Source of the DNA: Eledone cirrhosa
Taxonomy: Eukaryota
Direction of reading: 5' to 3'
DNA: 64,000 nt
Assembly: GCA_964016885.1 (NCBI GenBank)
Contig: OZ024747.1
Span: forward strand, 38,502,001-38,566,000
Shown: positions 57,742 to 64,000 of the stretch, piece by piece
Numbering within the stretch: position 1 is the first letter of the stretch
Layout: each line of letters begins with the position of its first letter
Position numbers and translations under genes: made by a program
Notes under the pieces: generated by a model
Databases searched by the model: none
Told to the model about the DNA's origin: nothing
What the model saw: the letters and a program-made list of their open reading frames with translations, nothing else

Positions 57742-57791
<50 letters not shown>

Positions 57792-58571
57792 ATTTGCTGC
57801 TAAACCTCTGGCCAATCGACCATCACACCAAACGACCAGCCGACCAACCGACCAACGCACCAATCGAGAGTGGTTAAAAAGAATTGAATCCAACACAATA
57901 ACTTGAAAATATCATAAGATTTCATATTCCCTTCCTTAAAAGAATTGTGACCAAAATAGTCTTTTATATTATGTATTTTTCTAAAAGCAGCTCATCAGAT
58001 CACATATTGTAATGACATGTGCGATGACAGATCTTATTACATGATAACGTGGAAAAATGTTATTAGTCGCAATTCTCATTACCATATTGAGTGTTAATCA
58101 AACTAAACAAATAAAAATATGGAGAATACACCTTTCATGTCCATATATTTTCTTATGTTTTGTTTTATTCTTCCTTTTCATCCTCTATCACTATTTTTAT
58201 ATTTATTGGACACTTTCTTTCTTGTTTTTGGACATATGATAAATACGCTTTGGTAGATGAGGGACTCTGGGATTTAAAATATCTGTCTGTTTGGCGGACA
58301 ATTCTTCACTGATCCCCATTGCGAAAGACATAGAATAAAACAAGTAGAAGAAAAGCAATCGTAACTTAGTGAACTCGTATGCTGTCGGGGGAAAACGTTG
58401 CATAGATTAATAAAATATTTTACTCGATCAGAACGAAATGGAACTGAGAAACAAATGAGTTACATATAATTAATATTTAACAATCTAACTAAAGCGGGGG
58501 AGAAATAATTACTGTAATTATGCACGGTCAACATTAACATAAATGCATTATTTTTATATAATTGGGGGAGT

Positions 58572-58750
58572 ATCGGTAGAAGGTCGGACGCCATACCTTG
58601 CAGCATAGAGTTACGCCCCTTTATAGTCTGAGTTCAAATCCCGCCGAGGTTAACTTTGCCTTTCATCCTTACGGGGTTGATAAAATAAAGTATCAGTAAT
58701 GCACTGGGATAATGTCTGTCCTTGTGCCAAAAGTAGAAACAATTATTTTT
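58572..58750 (+). mobile_element. Octopus-type SINE
   Basis: Homologous to 29390-29570. Confidence 0.82.
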
Positions 58751-59169
58751 ATATAACGAATCCGTTGGTTAATATATAGGAATAAACGGCACGTTGATTA
58801 AGGGTACTTGGATTTGGAATGTAGGAGCATGAAACTATTGGTATATTTTAATTACTGAGTTATCGCTTATAGAGAGGAAGTTACACTTGATAGTGTGATA
58901 CTCGCTCTTTTGAAAATGGTATTTTACACGATTGGCCTTCGCCTAATATACTTTACTCCAGACGCAAAAACCTACACACACACACACACACGCACACACA
59001 CACACACACACATATACACATACACACACACACACACACACCTGTGACTTCAGTCCTATATTCCCTGTTTAGAGGGCACACATATCTGATCCTACATGAC
59101 CACCCGGCTAGGTTACATAGTGGTGGCTCACTGGTAATTAATTTAGAGCCAAAACTGTCTTTATGAATG

Positions 59170-59785
59170 TGCCTGTTTTCTGAAAAGGTGGATAGGTGGA
59201 AAGTGTTAATCCACTGGAGCTAGGAATGTTCTGCCGATGTTTGTCTTGAGGTTCAGTAGGAAGGGAGATGTGAACCAGATTGTTCTTTGGGTCTGGTAAT
59301 ATTTGTCAAATTCTACGAGGAATCAGTGAAATCTTCAATCCCAGGCACACCACCAATATCAAGCGGTCTTGCGGCAATACAGTTTAAAGAACGCTATAAT
59401 AACCATGTAGCGTCGTTCCGTAAACAGGAGCAAAAAAAAACATTCAATTTCTTCAGTCATATATGGAAGCTGAAATAAAGGGCTCTACTAATTACGACAT
59501 TAGCTGCAGGATAGCAGAAAAATGTAAACCCTACGCCAATGGTTCTAAGAGGTGTGGACTCTAGCATAGTGAGATGGCACATGGAAAGATTCACCGGATC
59601 CAAACTATATGCTCCGTGTTTGGTCACCAAATGTTAAAATACCCACTTGTCACCAGGGATAACATGATCCAACACAACGGGAAACCATCATATTATTTTC
59701 GTAAACTGAATAATGAATAAAGAAACACTCCACATTAAAAAAAGCTGTCAGAATATTTTGTCACTCCTGCACTGATGAAGAGACA

Positions 59786-59790
<5 letters not shown>
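59170..59790. mobile_element. Old Naiad fragment with 5' inversion
   Basis: Minus 59170-59290: RTIWFTSPFLLNLKTNIGRTFL..HFPP; plus 59360-59560: FKERYNNHVASFR..HIWKLK..KPY.NGSKRC; CTGATGA at 59772 is cut off by (TA)n. Confidence 0.75.
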
Positions 59791-59872
<82 letters not shown>

Positions 59873-59906
59873 CTAAAATTTGATCGTTTTAACACTTTGT
59901 ATATAT

Positions 59907-60115
<209 letters not shown>

Positions 60116-60155
60116 CAAAGTGTTAAAACGATCAAATTTTAGTTCAGAACATTTA

Positions 60156-60207
60156 TTAGCTGACAATTGTTTCTTCCAGAGGGAAGTCTGGAATCATCGG
60201 CGCATAA
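60156..60207 (-). ncRNA. Hammerhead family 8 (CCGATGA core) in a solo pLTR-like segment (~60115-61150)
   Basis: CCGATGA-ttccaga/tctggaa-GAA-acaattgt-C-agc; stem I imperfect. Confidence 0.68.
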
Positions 60208-61282
60208 GGAATGTCGAAAACGTGTAACTAGAATCCTAGTCATTTAGAACATTTAGGGTACATAGTTGTTATTAGTGTCAAAGGAATCATGTGGAGATCC
60301 AGGAGTTGAAAAGATGTTACGCTTGAAATAACACAATTACAGGCAGCACAGGTTGGAAGTGTAATAGGTATAAGTAAAAGTAAAAACACAAGCAAAGAAA
60401 TCATAAACAAAAAATCACAGGGAAAGAAGTTATGAGCAAGGACGATTGGTGTACAATGCAGGAGTCAATACAGTCAATAATGCATGTATGAGGAAACAAT
60501 TATAATGCAGTTGAAATAAACATATTCTGTGTGGGTGTTAAAGCATGTTATATTTGTTATACACACTAAAGTTAGTGTGCAGTTTGTTAGAGAGGCATGT
60601 GGTGCTAATGTAGGTATTTTTTATATAAGACACTAGATAGAGTTGGGTATGTGATTTCAATATAAATGTTTTTGTGTTGTAGTTCGTATGTATGTGCATG
60701 TGTTGTTTGTTACTCACAGCTATTAACCATGGGATTATTTTAAGTCATTTATAGTCAATAGGTGTTTGTTTGTTAAATGTAAATTCAACCGAATTACTGG
60801 CCATGTTATTGTAGGTATATTATCTTATGCATTTTTTATCTGTAAATTATCTTTTCTAAGGTTTGTATTAACCGTTATTAAGCTGTTGGAAAACCGTTAG
60901 GTTACTTAATTGTATAAGTTTACACAGGAAGTTGTAAAGGGGGTTAATAACAAGGGGAGGTAATTAATGTTGTTGATAAATTAAGGGTTGTTATAATATT
61001 GTGGTAGTGTTAAAAATTAATCTATATAGAGTATAAAATATAAAATATAAAATATTCTTGGTTATATAATTGATATCTTTTAAACGCGTGTGTGTGTGTA
61101 GGGGGGTGTTTAAGAGGTTTTTTAAAAATTTAGTTTATTATAACTAGATAGTTTTTACATAGTTAGTATATACATGCATAATATAAGGCATATACATATG
61201 TGTGACAATGTATAAACATACACACACACACACACATATATATCTGCACACACACTTATACACACATATACACATATACATA

Positions 61283-61319
<37 letters not shown>

Positions 61320-61448
61320 TATATACACACACATACATATACATATATATATATATATACATATATATATACATATACACACACACACATATATATATAT
61401 ATATTAATTCAAAATATTAACAAAAATAGACATTCGTCTGATCAAGTA

Positions 61449-61515
61449 TATTTTATTATACATATTTCAGAGGTACTGAGCTAACATCAACAGTACGTCC
61501 TCATCAGATAAAATA
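61449..61515 (-). ncRNA. Canonical hammerhead ribozyme family 9 in a solo pLTR-like segment
   Basis: tattttat-CTGATGA-gga.gtactg/cagtac.tct-GAA-atatgtat-A-ataaaata. Confidence 0.85.
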
Positions 61516-62686
61516 AGATGATGCTGCACATACCCTGACATAGTAGATGGTTAAGATTCAGTCATGATAGTGAATACGATATGACAAAACTCAATATGTA
61601 TATAACTTAAGATTGAGACATGAAAACATTTACATATAATACAGAGGGTGCGTGTGAGAAAGCTTAAAAATACATAATAGCAATTTACATAACTGTTAGA
61701 GATTCAAATAATTTAAATTATTGAAGAAATAAGAAAGAAGAAAGACAGGGAGAAACAGACGAGGAGAAAATATAGTTACTAGAATTATAGAAAGCAAAAG
61801 ATAATTGATGAAGGATAGAGAGACAAGGAGTAACAATGTTTATAGTATACAGGAGGGAGGTTTGTATTGTCGTGGATGAATAGGGTGTGATTAGATAATG
61901 CAAACATTATATGTATCTATAAAACACATAAATATACCTTTAGGCATAGCTTTGTGAAAGAGTAAACTCGAATCTTTGAATTATTGAATGATCTAGAAGT
62001 ATCCATCAATCTAAATATTATATATATCTGGGTGTAATTAAATGAGGGTTTAATTTCGAGTCCTTAGTTAATTAGAAATATACTAACAATTAATTATATA
62101 CACTATATATATCCTAACGTATCCGGCTGACCATTACATTTCAAATCAATTATGTTAGTTTAGAATAATGAATTAATCAAAATGTATAATATTTCAGGCT
62201 ATAAAAGTTTATAAATATCTATATTAATATTAAAGTATACTATCATATTTAATTTATAAAATCATATTTAAAATATTTGCAAACATGAGAAGGAATACTT
62301 AATATTTTCATCCTCACGAAGGTAATCCATATTAAATTATAGTATCTTATATTATATTTAAAAAAAATTTATATTGAAATAATTCACATTATATAATTTA
62401 GAAAGTAATTACAGTTATAACTTTAAAAATTTAAAATTAACAATTAGAATGCCTTAAAATATCTAAAGGCCTTATAATTAAACTTAAAAAAGGGTATTTA
62501 TTAAATTAAATATATGCATTTATCTAAATATATATATACAAAGAGCATATTGTCTAAAGTTCAAGACGATATTAGTCAGTTATACATAATATAATATAAT
62601 ATAATATAATAAATAAGTTACTGTTAATATTGTTTAAAATGAAGGTTATTATATTAGGATCATGTAATACATATATTGTGTTTATA

Positions 62687-62897
62687 CAAATCAAACTTCA
62701 TGAATCATAAGGATAAGAACCAGATTCAAAGTAATAAAGTAAATTGTTTGCGATCATATAAGTGCTGTATATCTAAGCTATATAATTTAAAAATACACGA
62801 ACAATTTTATTTATTCATTTTATTTTTTTTATTTTTATGGATCTATATTGTAGTATAATATCATGATTTGATTATTCATTGAACCTTATTTAACCTG

Positions 62898-62931
<34 letters not shown>

Positions 62932-63727
62932 AACGAGTAGGACCCCGACGGCTGAGCTCAAGCCGTTTCAACGGCTAATTCTGGACTAAATGAATATTTT
63001 TATCTTGGTATTTGAATAGGCGAGCTTCTCAAGGGGTAATTCCATATATGGTCAAAATGATTGTCACAGGGATTGGTCAAAAGTTTGTAGTTGAGACATA
63101 ATAATTCTATGATGGCAATTTGTGGAGGGAAGGGATAGCTAGACCTTTCCAGTAGGAGAAAAAGGGAGAAGGGGTGGAGAAGACCCATTCATGCGTTGAT
63201 AGTGCCGGCTACAGCTGGGCGTGAGGTCAAAGAAGATACTAGATACCATCTAGTATTTTTCTTTAGCCTAGCAATAGTGAGAGATTTAGGTCGTAGTAAC
63301 CAGAAATTTTTTTTTTTTTTTTTACATTTAATTGCTTTTTAACACTCTCAGTATTTTTCTATATTTTTACCCCTTATTGTTCTACTTACTGTTTCGACTT
63401 CCTCCCCCTCCCCCTCCATAGTATCTTCTTTGACCTCACGCCCAGCTGTAGCCGGCACTATCAACGCATGAATGGGTCTCCTACACCCCCTCTCCCTCTT
63501 TCTCCTACTGGCAGGTCTAGCTACCCCTTCCCTCCACAAATTGCCATCATAGAATTATTATTTCTCAACTGCAAACTTTTGACCAATCCCTGTGACAATC
63601 ACTTTGACGATATATGGAATTACCCCTTGAGTAGCTCGGCTATTCAAATACCAGGATAAAAATGTTCATTTAGTCCAGAATTAGCCGTCGAAACGGCTTG
63701 AGCTCAGCGGTCGGGGTCCTAGTCGTT

Positions 63728-63777
<50 letters not shown>

Positions 63778-63987
63778 CAGGTTAAACAAGGTTCAATGAA
63801 TAACTCAAAGCATGATATTATACTACAATATAGATCCTTAAAAAAAAATAAATAAATAAATAAATAAAATTGTTCGTGTATTTTTAAATTATATAGCTTA
63901 GATATACAGCACTTATATGATCGCAAGCAATTTACTTTCTTACTTTGAATCTGGTTCTTATCCTTATCATTCATGAAGTTTGATTTG
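62687..63987. repeat. ~1.3-kb imperfect palindrome (arms 62687-63240 / 63420-63987)
   Basis: Mirror-image ORFs 62676+/63729- and 63000-/63468+; each arm spans an internal (TA)n. Confidence 0.92.
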
Positions 63988-64000
63988 CTGCTGATACGGT

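Noticed and set aside
57965-58010. CTGATGA..GAAA on the minus strand as a hammerhead
   Set aside because: No credible stems I-III

Overview
AT-rich animal genomic DNA, very probably a cephalopod (two copies of an Octopus-type SINE, extreme (TA)n/(CA)n content). No host gene can be called with confidence, and most of the ORF track is microsatellite noise. The window is a pile-up of retroelements inserted into microsatellites. It is dominated by Penelope-like elements (PLEs, RT plus C-terminal GIY-YIG; mostly Naiad-type), including one uninterrupted 707-aa ORF and an ~8-kb head-to-head palindrome of two full-length copies. It also holds Dong/R4, CR1-like, CRE and RTE LINE remnants, tRNA-SINEs, MITEs and a decayed USP-like peptidase domain next to a Helitron-like end. 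The main hidden layer, read by eye, is 21 type I hammerhead ribozyme motifs from 10 different pLTR families. They include recurring non-canonical cores (CCGANGA; a compensatory U3-A8 UUGAAAA), 80-116 nt structured insertions in stem II, and pairs of ribozymes bracketing ~1.3-kb microsatellite mosaics. Element ends show a repeated (TA)n fold-back signature. Clade assignments come from motif recognition only; no database searches or folding programs were run.
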